This document shows, piece by piece, positions 52,884-64,000 of a stretch of 64,000 nucleotides of DNA (the stretch's first letter is position 1; each line of letters starts with the position of its first letter). A program made the translations under genes and the position numbers. This DNA comes from Trichoplax adhaerens (taxonomy: Eukaryota > Animalia > Placozoa), in NCBI RefSeq assembly GCF_000150275.1, contig NW_002060945.1, forward strand, positions 6,687,607 to 6,751,606, written 5' to 3'. The notes below the pieces were generated by a model. It saw only the letters and a program-made list of their open reading frames with translations. It made no database searches and had not been told where the DNA came from.

Positions 52884-53933
52884 TCTAAAGTTATTGACTA
52901 CTAATGGATTAGTTATGACTGGCTCGTAATACGCTGATAATTATACTATTCCACCTAATTTTCTATTATAGTGTAGACCACCATTAATTAACTCGCTAAT
53001 TGCAGCCTATTGCTATAAATTTTTCAACAACTTGCTACATTAAGCAAATACCCTGTACTATAACGTCTGTAGCCTTTTTACTTCAGATCACGATGCGATA
53101 ATAGATCAAAAGAATACTACGGCATCTTTGATTGTATGATTATCGTTGATGAGTCTTGATATTTCATCAGTATTATACTCAATTAAACCAGATATTGCAA
53201 CAGCTTTCTAGAGATACTGTAATTCTGATTAAAATCAACTTGTTTCTGTTTCAATTTTAACTTTTGAGTGTACTGTATGTAGAAATCATATTCTGCCATA
53301 TCGTATAATGTTTGAGTGCGATTTATCTATTCTCGACGATTAAAGTTAATATTCCTTCTAGAGTAAGAGAAATATCATACTAGTAAAGCACTGCTTAAAA
53401 AAATGTATAGTTTCGTGGCTAAAAGTGTTACTAATCGTTGTAAATATGCAACCATTTAGATTCACATACGTTGCGATAAAATTAGATCGACAATCTTTAC
53501 ACCTATTCAATTTTGGATTGCTAAATTATTAAAATTCTATTTTCAATCTTTATGTAATAATTGAGCATTTTATAATATGATGTATGGAAAAAGTTGTTAT
53601 CTATTTCAATTAATAAACATCGATTTATTTCACTGTGTTATCGCTATCAGCCTTTTCTCCAGTACATATAGTATATATATACACAAACCAGAAATAATGG
53701 CTATATTATTTTAGAATCTGAAGGACTTAATTAGCTACAGTAAATGAAAATATAATCAAAAGGGTTGCTACTATAAAAAATATTTACATGATCTAACGAA
53801 TAAAATTTACAATTAATAAGATTTCAATGGTGAATTAAAAGGTACCCATAAATAGCTAGGAAATATTATCCAATGCATATGTGGTATGTAGTTTAACTTA
53901 GCCTTAATTTGCTGCGCATTACAAGAGAAACTG

Positions 53934-55070
53934 TTATAAAGCCTCTTCAGCAAACTCTTTACTATCAGGTTTTTTGTTTAGATTTGGTTTTTTTGTTGTT
54001 ATCGGATAAGCATAACGCCGATAAACTTTTACTTGAAAGAGGATAGAAGCCATGCTATAGATATGAGGTATAAAAAACGCAGCGCATAAATCGAGAAATA
54101 ATTGAACTGCAGCCATCTGATGGAATATCTTACTGTGAGGAAATTCAATCGACACCATCACAGCAAAAACGATGAGCATTAATGGTATAGCTATTAAGGC
54201 ACTGATACCCATAACTGAGAAAAAACGATTTACTTCATCTAAATAACGCAATGGTAATATGGAGGCTACAATAGATGCTGGGTATAGTATCAAACCAAAG
54301 ATTGAATAAGCTATCCCGAAGGCTAGTATAACTAAAGGGAATAGAAAAAATCGAATATTTTTTCTTATCGCTTTAAAGTAAATTGCAGCAATTTGTTTCT
54401 CGTTGATCAAAATTAAAGTTGTAACGAAGATAGAACAAGCTATTGCACTGATTGTTGTAATGACAACACGGAATGAGAATAAACTACCATCACTGGATGA
54501 TAACAGCTGATTTGTACATTTAATTGATGTTTCCTGGTCAAGATAGCATAAGAGGCAATCATTATAGACCGGTTTACTTTCCAAATTAAACATGGCGATA
54601 GCAATACAGGTCATAGGTACACCATCCAGCAAAATTGGCTGTAATAAAGAAATTAAAGACGCTCGATCGAAATTGCGATCACGCTTAATTTGTTCACTAA
54701 ATTGTTGATAGAGTTTTCGACGATAAAAATTTAAAATATTCAGAAAGCAAGAGATAAAGAAAAATATCCATACGAAGGCATAACTTGCGCTATAACTGTT
54801 TAAAATAGATGTAAATTGATCTTCATAATTGCAACAAGCATTTACTGCAGTACAATCATCCGTTTGCTCAGTTATAATTAAGCCGGCACGAGAAATATTT
54901 TGGATCATAACCATGGCAGACAAATTGATGCTTGAATTGATAATTATGGCTATATTGGAAATAAAATTGAGTAGGATAATCAGTGGGTGTATCAATGTGA
55001 CGATAAAAACTCCTTTAGGGTTTTGCATTAATTTGACAGTAGAAAAGATCCGTAGAGCCTTTGATTTCAT
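53934..55070 (-). CDS. Uncharacterised multi-pass membrane protein (378 aa, single coding exon)
   Basis: Long ATG-initiated ORF in AT-rich DNA with roughly 7-9 hydrophobic segments, Cys-rich loops (CTAVNACC; CLLC...C) and a charged C-terminal tail. Paralogous to 58341-59459. Confidence 0.8.
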   Translation of the reverse strand: MKSKALRIFSTVKLMQNPKGVFIVTLIHPLIILLNFISNIAIIINSSINLSAMVMIQNISRAGLIITEQTDDCTAVNACCNYEDQFTSILNSYSASYAFVWIFFFISCFLNILNFYRRKLYQQFSEQIKRDRNFDRASLISLLQPILLDGVPMTCIAIAMFNLESKPVYNDCLLCYLDQETSIKCTNQLLSSSDGSLFSFRVVITTISAIACSIFVTTLILINEKQIAAIYFKAIRKNIRFFLFPLVILAFGIAYSIFGLILYPASIVASILPLRYLDEVNRFFSVMGISALIAIPLMLIVFAVMVSIEFPHSKIFHQMAAVQLFLDLCAAFFIPHIYSMASILFQVKVYRRYAYPITTKKPNLNKKPDSKEFAEEAL

Positions 55071-56055
55071 GATTTCATCTAAACAAGTTTTTATTATTGA
55101 TTCCTATGCAACGAGTCGGTAATTGTAGTAATATCTTGATTTTTTTGTCTATCTGGTAACAGCAAGTTCAATCTCTCCTTTCCTAAGCGTGAAAATGATT
55201 GTGGCTTATTCTAATCCATGCTTACTATATTAATTATATTGTCTGGAAAAATCGTCATATGATAATCAACTAATAAAAATATTGCGGGCATGAGTTATTT
55301 GGCTTATGTAAAGCCAACTACTCAACAAAAGGTCACGTTAGTAAAATCAGCAGTAACATTAATCATGAATACAATCGTTAGCATCCTTTCTTTCACAACA
55401 TGAGGCCTTAGATGTACTACCGAAAATAATATTCTGGACAATATAAAATTATTTGGTGCATAATAAAGCTACGCAATGGTAAGGTAATCATGATGGAAAT
55501 TATGATTTGTTACTTAATTCAGGTAGGATTATCATCATCTTCAATTAAAGGGATACCTAGTGATTGATGGCCTGTATCAATCATTCGTTGTACTAAATAT
55601 ATCTTTATAACTTTTAGTTAAGAGAAGACTCTAAAAGGAGATAAATTTAATGTATAATCTTATCAAAATAGTTATTATCCTACTCATTGTAGATAGCCGT
55701 TTATTACTTTAATTCCCTATAGAATATAGGCTTCTTTTATGGTATATTTTCATTTGTTTCTATTACAACGACTCGTACATCAAACCCCTATGAAAATATT
55801 TAGATAAGTGCTTATGGTACAAGAAGTTGCTGTTGATTATAATTTACTTTACACAAACATTCCTCTGATTATGATACTATTCTGAGTACTATGCATAAAC
55901 GATTGGATACCTTCCCTTTTATTAATTTTCTATTCTCTTGATTCCCTTCTATTTGTAGGAGCTCTATAATCATCCTATGCCAAACACATTTCCACCCCAT
56001 ACTTGTACATCAGAAGCAAAAAGTAATTGTTGTACACTGAGATACCACCAGTTAA

Positions 56056-56243
56056 GCTGGTAAAATAAAGTCTATTTCAAAGCGAACTTTCCCTAGCTGA
56101 GTTCTGTTTCTACCTTGTTTTTCTGCTTACTTGTGTGCTTTTTATACTGAGATACTATCTTTTAGGCTGGTGAAATAAATCTATTTCAAAACGAACTTTC
56201 TCTAACTTAGTTCTATTTTCTACTTTGTTCTTTCTGTTTACTT
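56056..56243. repeat. ~77-bp direct repeat with ~110-bp period (2 copies)
   Basis: gctggt(a/g)aaataaa..tctatttcaaa.cgaacttt...ttactt at 56056 and 56166. Confidence 0.8.
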
Positions 56244-56639
56244 CCATAGTAGGTTAGAACTGCACACTTTCATTCCAAGTAGTTATTTATTATTGCCACT
56301 TTATCGTTACTGGCGATAAATAAAAGGTACTACGCATTTTTCTCATTGCTACTTTTTTATTCCCTCTCTCCCATTCCTATTGTATATGTTATACATATCT
56401 CCTGCAACATATTATTATCAATCTCTCATTCTTATACAAATAAAATAGACTTCTATAGAAGAAGTAAACTATTCCAATTACTCTTTCATCTTTATAAATA
56501 ATTCTTTCCTGCTGTTCTTTCTAAACTATGAAAACAAATCCTTAACATCTATTTCGTTAGCTAGTTCCACTAGTATTATAGTAAGCTTCCAAAGCATTAT
56601 AACTGCAATAACACTAGCATAGCGTCGATAAGTAAATGT

Positions 56640-57105
56640 CAACGGAAAACCCAAAATATTTATATACACTCTCCAAATTGGCTTTGATAATTAATGAATA
56701 ATGTGCAATACTGTGTCGTACTTTGGACTAGATATAGTATGATGATTTAGAGTAGACCAGAGAAACCTTGCTGGAATCCTAGGTGAAAAAATTTGAATAT
56801 ATTGTAGTACAACTAGAAGATTGTAAATAGAAAGACTTCAAGATTAGCCTATAATATTTTATACTTTCTCTAAATTGGCTTTGATCATGAACAATATGCA
56901 ATACCATATCGTACCGCATATTTAGACTAAATATGGTAGTTTAGATAGGATAAGAGGACCATCGCTAGAATTATACGTGAAAAATCAAATCTATCCTCAT
57001 ACAATTGGCGTAGCAGATACAGAAGGGTTTCAACGAAAAGCTCAAGCTATTTTTACACTTTTTCTAAATTGGCTTTGATAGTAGACTTAATGCAATATTA
57101 TGTCC
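56640..57105. repeat. Diverged ~195-bp tandem repeat (~2.4 copies)
   Basis: aaattggctttgat recurs near 56675, 56872 and 57066 with collinear flanks (atgcaata, gtgaaaaa). Confidence 0.8.
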
Positions 57106-57816
57106 TTGTTTAAACTAATTTTGAGAAATAAGTACCTATATGAATAGCTCGTTATTTCTTCATCTCTCTGCTCGCTCTAATATAGCATTTTTGTGCTAAA
57201 ATTATATATAAATCTTTCTATTCATCATCAACTATACGTCCAACTATCATGGAATGACAGTACTTTTCTTTTACGTGCATATCTATGCTATATCTAGTTG
57301 TGCAGGCGCTACTTTTTCTGCCTTAATTTCTCTCTATCACTTCTGTTGGCTAACTAATATAAAAGTCATTGAGAACAAAAATCTGGCTAGTAAAAAACAA
57401 TTTGAAAATCTTTGCATTTATTCATTTAAGTAAATAATTTGATAATTAGTTAATGAAAATGACAATCCAAATGATCCACGTATAAAAACAAAATGTGTAC
57501 AGCAATACTATGGAATACTACCAATTTCGGTAGATGCATAATCTACGGTATGAGAGATTTGTATTAAGTCAGACAAAAATTTCATCTGTTCTAATGATAT
57601 ATCAATCAAGATTTTATACTTTTCTTACCGATCATCAACGATGATTCTGTGTAGAAACTAACTTAAGCCTAGATAGATCAGTAATGTTGTATAGCTGCAT
57701 GTATTACTTTAAGCTAGAGAGAGCATATCAGCTTTTACTTTTATTTATGAAGTCATAAAATTGAAAGTAGACCCAGTATTAATAAACGATAGAACTGGAA
57801 CATTAATATTTGAATT

Positions 57817-58330
57817 TTCAAAATGTCAAGGCATACCTCATAAAAATTATATTTCTCTTAACTTTTTTCTTCTAACCAATATAGAAGATCAGAATAAATA
57901 GGATCTGAATCCTACTTGCATAGTAATCTTTTCACTTTCCAATATAAATTATACCTATATATCTGACAATCTCGATATCATCAATCTACCAGCCACTTAT
58001 GAATTATAAGAGGATGTGCAGGTTTATCACTTCAAAATGTCAAGGACAACCTTACATCATGAAAACTATATATTTCACTCAGTTTTCTTTTCTGCTAACT
58101 AAATCAGCAGACCAAAATAAATTGAGATTTTGAATCCTACTTACATAGAGATCTTTTCACTTTTCAATAGAAACTGTACTTATATAACGTCATTTTGTGT
58201 TTTTCGATTAAATCGCTTACTCAATCTCTTCTGAGAAATAGGATAGACACCAATATATTTATCATTAACCTATCAGTCACTGATGGATTACAAGAAGTGA
58301 ACAAGGTTTGCTTCTTCAAAATACCAAGGA
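57817..58330. repeat. Diverged ~215-bp tandem repeat (2+ copies) immediately 3' of the second membrane-protein ORF
   Basis: ttcaaaatgtcaagg, tgaatcctactt.catag and atcttttcacttt.caata each occur twice; a third unit start lies near 58315. Confidence 0.8.
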
Positions 58331-58340
58331 CTGCTTTACG

Positions 58341-59459
58341 TTATGATACAGTGGAGCTCTGACTTTGACGGTATGGATTGATTTTCTGACGGCAGCTATT
58401 TTGAAAAAGTATCTTGTAATGGACGATTAAAGCAATATAAGCAATCAAGGGCATTAATGCAATGGTTAAAAATATAATTAAGGCATTAATCACAGTGATA
58501 GAATCAAATCGACATGTTATAAAAAGTAAAAAGACAGTGATAAAAAAGGTTGATGATGCTGCCATTGCAATATAACCAGCTGCTCGAATCCAATCGATAA
58601 AGATGTCAGAAATTAATGTTAAAAATGGATTTGTCAGTAGAATATGGAAACGCATGGATAAGTAGGTTAGTAATATAGGAACATAAAAAATGGAAACGAC
58701 TGCAATAGTAGTAATACAAGCCAGTAGAAAAATAAAAGTGGATTTACACCAAGTTAAATGATGAACTTGATAATGAATAATATGGTGATTTCTTGAACAT
58801 CGATGAAGAATGGTGGCAATATAACAAAATGCACATAGTGTAATCAGCAATGTAGACATTATTTTCAAGGCCAAAATCCAATCGTTTTGAACTCCATTGG
58901 ATATAATGCTGCAATTACTAATGTTTGTTTTATGCTGATGAGAATGATGATAGTTATACCAACAGTAAGCACAATTTAATTGTGCATTAGTAAATTGTTG
59001 ATTGTATAACATCAATGTGATACAAATGATGGGCACAACCTGCATCAATAATAATTGCAGTCTGGATATGAATGAAACGATGGCCATTTCGCCATTTTTA
59101 TATTCTGCCAATGGAGTCTTCCATAATATCCATTGATGTAAGATAAAAACAACATCTGCTAAACTACCAATGGTAAAAAATATGCATAAACGTATGAAAT
59201 TGGCTTGATAACCATAGAATAGTGGAATTAATTCATCATGACTTTGATTACAGCAGTCTAATTGATCATAATAACATCTCCAATTTGGATTGGAAACAAG
59301 TTGATGGTTACCATTATCAACCAGATTTCGTAATGCTGTTAACCAAATTCGACTTGCAATTAATAGCTTAATATCACAATACTTATTGAATGCCACTAGA
59401 ATAACATGAAATAGTTTAAAGGCTAAGCCAATCCAAGTCGTATTGAATTCGGCTATTAG
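58341..59459 (-). CDS. Uncharacterised multi-pass membrane protein, paralog of 53934-55070; start codon not located
   Basis: Open frame 59459-58341. Aligns with the neighbour: FKLFHVILVAFN / VTLIHPLIILLN, DCCN / ACCN, IFFTIGSL / IFFFISCF, SFISRLQLLLMQVVPIICI / SLISLLQPILLDGVPMTCI, NCAYC / DCLLC. Confidence 0.75.
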   Translation of the reverse strand, partial: LIAEFNTTWIGLAFKLFHVILVAFNKYCDIKLLIASRIWLTALRNLVDNGNHQLVSNPNWRCYYDQLDCCNQSHDELIPLFYGYQANFIRLCIFFTIGSLADVVFILHQWILWKTPLAEYKNGEMAIVSFISRLQLLLMQVVPIICITLMLYNQQFTNAQLNCAYCWYNYHHSHQHKTNISNCSIISNGVQNDWILALKIMSTLLITLCAFCYIATILHRCSRNHHIIHYQVHHLTWCKSTFIFLLACITTIAVVSIFYVPILLTYLSMRFHILLTNPFLTLISDIFIDWIRAAGYIAMAASSTFFITVFLLFITCRFDSITVINALIIFLTIALMPLIAYIALIVHYKILFQNSCRQKINPYRQSQSSTVS

Positions 59460-62044
59460 TTAGATTGCTCCTTTAGCTGCTACGTAGATGGATCCAAATT
59501 CAAACGTTTACAGTTCCTTGCAGTAAGTGAAATCTTGAAAGGATAGGGCAGCAATTCCAATTTCTCAGAAGTGATCGATTAGTCTCTCTCGAAGATTTTA
59601 AACTATAAATTTTGAATCATGCCTCTTGCAAACGATGTAGAGATCAAGATCTAAGTGTTGTGAGATAACTGCCCTAATGAAATGACTCAAAAATAGTTTT
59701 AATATCTACAGGAGGCAATAAATTATTCTATCTTCCCAATTTGAATAACAATTTTAAAGATAAGCGCCACTTGCAAATTGTCCAATCTACCGATAACGAA
59801 AAGTCTTTCTACCTTGAAAGCAGATTGAAAAAATGGTCTAAAAAGTGAATCAATTGACCAAATATTGCGATAAAGCATCAAGCACAACAGTTCTTTAAGA
59901 TGAAATTTTTTTTACATGGAAGAGATCATGCATTAATTTTGCTACGAAATGCAGTTCTATCAGCTAGAAGTCGAAACTTTTCTATTTATTCGTTCTAGCA
60001 TCAGTCAATGATTAGATATGATAAAAATTTTTATATTAAATTTACAAGTCCAGCTTTGAAGTAGATTTTAAGATGGATATTGCTGCAATTTCTTTATTCG
60101 TAGGCTATTAGCAACAAAAAACTAAATCAAGACTTAAAAAATAAATGACAAAAGTTGTTGTATTGCACATCAATTTATAAAGACGTTAGAAAGCTAATTC
60201 AAAAGATTAAGCGTTGATAGTCAACACCTACAAATAGAATTTTTAAAAGGAAATAATTCAAAATTTAGCTTAGTAATTACATCAATTATCAATAGAGAGA
60301 AGAAAACTTTTCTTTATAACTTAATTATCCGATTATATACTAAACTTGATGATGATATCAACTCCCCAATAGTTCTTATCGTATGATATATCCTAGCAGG
60401 AATGGTTTAATGTGGACTGGTTTTACTAATAATCATTCATTAATTTTATGGATCAGTATTGTCTAAGTAAAAAAATCAACCATCTTCTCTTGTTGACTAC
60501 AAATTACAGTAGTATTGGCCCTGCTTTGAATTTAATTTGTACTTTCAATATTTTAACGACCTTGACTGTAAAATTAGGAGTGGGCTATAATCTAAAAGTT
60601 GGAGACTGATTGGACTAACTCGTTCAATCGATTGGATTGATCAATGTTTGTTGATAAAAGTAGACGAAAATGAGAATAGTATAATGATATTTCAATTCGT
60701 AAGATGACAATCATCGTGATGATGCAATTCTTAATATTAGTTTAACGTGTTGAATAAAAATACAAACTACTACATGGAATGGAAAATAAACGGGTAAAAT
60801 TGCTTCTATCCCTTGCCACTCCTGTGTACTGTAATTATTGATTTAACGATGTATAGTTTTTACTTTTTTCTACCAATTTGATTGATTGAATCATGGTTGA
60901 CAATAGTTATCATTATAGACTAACATTAAAAGCAACATGGCATCCAAATTCGAATACATCTCCTTGGAAATAAATTAATTAAATTAGTGTTGATTCTTTT
61001 CCATCATTGTCGATTTGAATAGCAATTGATTAATGGAAATGATTATTATTCATAATTGACATCGCCGGTATACAATTATGCAAATATGGATAGATGAATA
61101 AAAGGAGAGTAGAATAGTTTCTTGGCTAGCCTATAGTCCATCTTGCCATAGTTATGATAATGTTCATTTAATCTTTTTCATTCTATTTTTACTCTAGCGA
61201 TCTATAGGAAAATAATTTATTGATTCAACTGTTCCTCTCGCTGTATATTGTATTTAAAGTAAACTGTATTCTTATTCTATTCTATCTCTACAAGAAGATA
61301 CTTATAAGTTATTCTTTCTATCAACTTTCTTCTTTTCAGCCTTTTTTCATTGTGTCTAAAGTGATGACTGAACGTGACCGTATGCGAAATCGGTCATTTT
61401 GCAAACTGCCCAGGTTATTCTATTCTTCACCAGACTAGAAGAGAAATGTATACAAATGATTCTTCCTTTCCATCGCCTACTTTTTAATATTCTTTATTGT
61501 ACTCATAGTAATTGTTATTTTCCAGTATAATAAATACTCAAGACAGAAGTAGACTCATTGCCTTCCGGATTATTCAATTTTTTACTAGACGAGAAGAGAA
61601 TTATATTCTTTCTCTTTCAAGCTATAAAATAATAATTCAATTTTATAGGAATTCCATCCATTAAAATAATATATTGTATTCATGTTGAACTTGACACAGT
61701 TTGGTTATGACAAAAAGACAAATTACTCAGATTAATTTTCACGAAATGCATTTATCATCACGAGAAGATGGAAATAGTATTGTACTGAGCTAGATTTATA
61801 TTATCCTTTTCAAATTCTATCATATTTTGATCCGAGGAAAATAGGAAATGCTAGATTAATTAATCTTATTAGATAGGATGACGGACTATCTTAATTTGTA
61901 CTAGAATCAGTATTACGGGGTTGATATAAAGATTTCATCACAGATGATATTCAATTTTAGAGTATTTAAGCTAATAGATCGATAATTAATTTACCGCAAA
62001 ATGCTTGAGAATAGCATGTCTAATAAGCGCTCGAGATTGAAACG

Positions 62045-62335
62045 TTTCTTTCCGATCATCCAGTGATTAGAGCTGATATTCAATGGTGCTTGGAATCAGA
62101 AATTTTAGTATATACTAAATATATTTCCTCATTCATTTCATGATTAAAATATTTTCTTTCTGATCATCTAATTAACAGATTTGATACTCGATTATGCTTG
62201 ATTTCAGAAATTTCTTAATATACTCGTATATGAAATGTATCAAGGTACCTCGCTCGTCTAGTGATTAAGATATTTTCTTTTCTATCATCTAACTAATGGA
62301 CTGATGCTCAGTAACGTTTGATTTTAGAAGTCTTA
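62045..62335. repeat. Diverged ~110-120 bp tandem repeat (3 copies)
   Basis: tttcttt(c/t)..atcatc.a....tgat..tc...(c/t)ttg....agaa recurs near 62045, 62153 and 62274. Confidence 0.7.
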
Positions 62336-64000
62336 TTATTTATTATGCTCGATATATTGCCTAGCATATCTGAAATTTAATAACATTCTACTCCAAGAAT
62401 TGAAGCCCGTCTTCAATAGACTGCTTCTGTTATTCCAAGCCAAGACAAGGGCTACATAAGTTTTCTTCTTAGTAGTCCCTGGTTATAGGGCCGATGTTTG
62501 AAAGTATTTCATCTTCAAAGATTTAAAAGCAATCATTGCAGAAGTTACCCCAATTAACCCAAGTTTAGAATGTCTTCTGTTGCTACAAAATTTTCTTATT
62601 CACTAAATCAAACTAATGATATACATCTACACCCAGTTCAAAAATGTAAGTAGGTAACACATAAATTTTAAGATTAGATTACTTGATAATATTACAGACT
62701 AAATATCTCTATATCATTAAATGAATAAATTCTACTAGCAGTAGTATTCCATGGCAAAAAATTTGAATGCGCATCATGTAAGCCCCTTCACTATCCTGAA
62801 GATTAAGACATTTCAAAACACCAACATTGAAATTCTTTCTTATAATCTATTGAATAGATCTAATCAAATGCATATTTACTCGATCATATTCGATCTCAAG
62901 GATCTCAGCTATGTATTAGTTAAACGGCTCTAGTAGCTCTCAGGTTAAGACGTAAAAGAATTGAAATAGATCAAGATCTACGAGCTGAAATTCCTGCTGC
63001 GGTCTAGCCTCTTAGAGAATACAGCGCTTTATTGCTCATTTATTCAATCACAAAGATATTTATTTCTGATAATTACATTAACTACTAGCACATCAACTAT
63101 CCTAAGATTAAAATAGAAGTAAGGGAAAATATGAATATTTTAAAACATTAGAGGCTATAGTTTTTTAATCTTCATTTCTCAAGTTAAACAATTATTATTA
63201 CATTTCTCAATTTCAAGAGTTTGGCAAAGTACCTAAAACTTACTGTACATCAACTATCCTATGATTTGAGAATCCTATTACAAACGAATTCAGATTTCTT
63301 CGATCATCTGCTTGAGAGATCGGATATTCGATAATATTCTAGCTTAGATGATCTGGGAAAAATTGAGATTGAAAGCACCATAGTTATTCTAAAAATAACG
63401 TATTGGAAAATTAGGATATTTCTTGAAACTTTCATCATAGTTGCTCTAATTGATAGCTTCAACGCACAAAATTCCCTATCTCCAAGGACCTTAAAATATG
63501 CTAGACAATTCATTTGTACAGTGCAAAAGATTAACATCTCTCACAATATTTAAGGTTTTAAATTGTTCTCCTTGCTATAATTGCATGAAACAGGAAACAG
63601 ATATTCAAAACGCAATTATAAGCACACAGTATACAAATTTTTTTCCTGTAATATTAAAGTAATAGCAATTATCTAATACTTGAGTAGAAGCACTTTGTTC
63701 ATCCAATATTTATCCGTGTTTGGACAATATTGCAGTATTGGAGGTAATATCAGCGGTATGGATATTATTCCATAAATAATGAGGCTGTACACCAAAATTT
63801 ATATCAAAATATACCTATTATCTTTACGACAACAGAAAAAAAACTAAATAATTAGAAAATTGAATTTTTAATGATTTACATATTAGTAGTACGAGTTGTG
63901 TCATTAGATAGCCAATTAATCCTTTACTTTTACTTCAGTTTGGACTTTTATCGTAGGAAAGAATTAAGTCATAGTAATATAATCAATACTTAATTAATAA

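Noticed and set aside
62430-62570. Minus-strand LGLIGVTSAMIAF...TTKKKTYVALVLAW resembling GPCR TM3-TM4
   Set aside because: It has an internal stop, no DRY-like motif and no flanking helices; too short to support even a pseudogene call without a search.

Overview
AT-rich eukaryotic genomic DNA with short GT-AG introns. Composition and gene style resemble an early-branching animal such as a placozoan, but that is inference only. Two conserved housekeeping genes bracket the main feature: HSD17B10 (minus strand, running off the left edge) and GINS4/SLD5 (plus strand, 7 exons, 51109-52883). Between them, over about 43 kb, lies a tandem array of seven paralogous 3-exon genes (labelled A-G here) plus one decayed exon relic. 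The ORF track shows only fragments of these genes. Hand-splicing gives ~340-aa proteins with a signal peptide, a short propeptide ending in a furin-like RxxR site, two tandem 8-cysteine domains resembling the Frizzled cysteine-rich domain (CRD), and a C-terminal GPI-anchor-like signal. Copies A, E, F and G are intact; B, C and D each carry an apparent frameshift. Right of SLD5 are two paralogous orphan multi-pass membrane protein ORFs. Non-coding features include dense TACAGTA/TACTGTA palindromic motif clusters upstream of both housekeeping genes and at an orphan promoter-like island near 35.5 kb, a GGCCATTCCTAAGA motif cluster, and many two- to three-copy tandem duplications of 40-400 bp.
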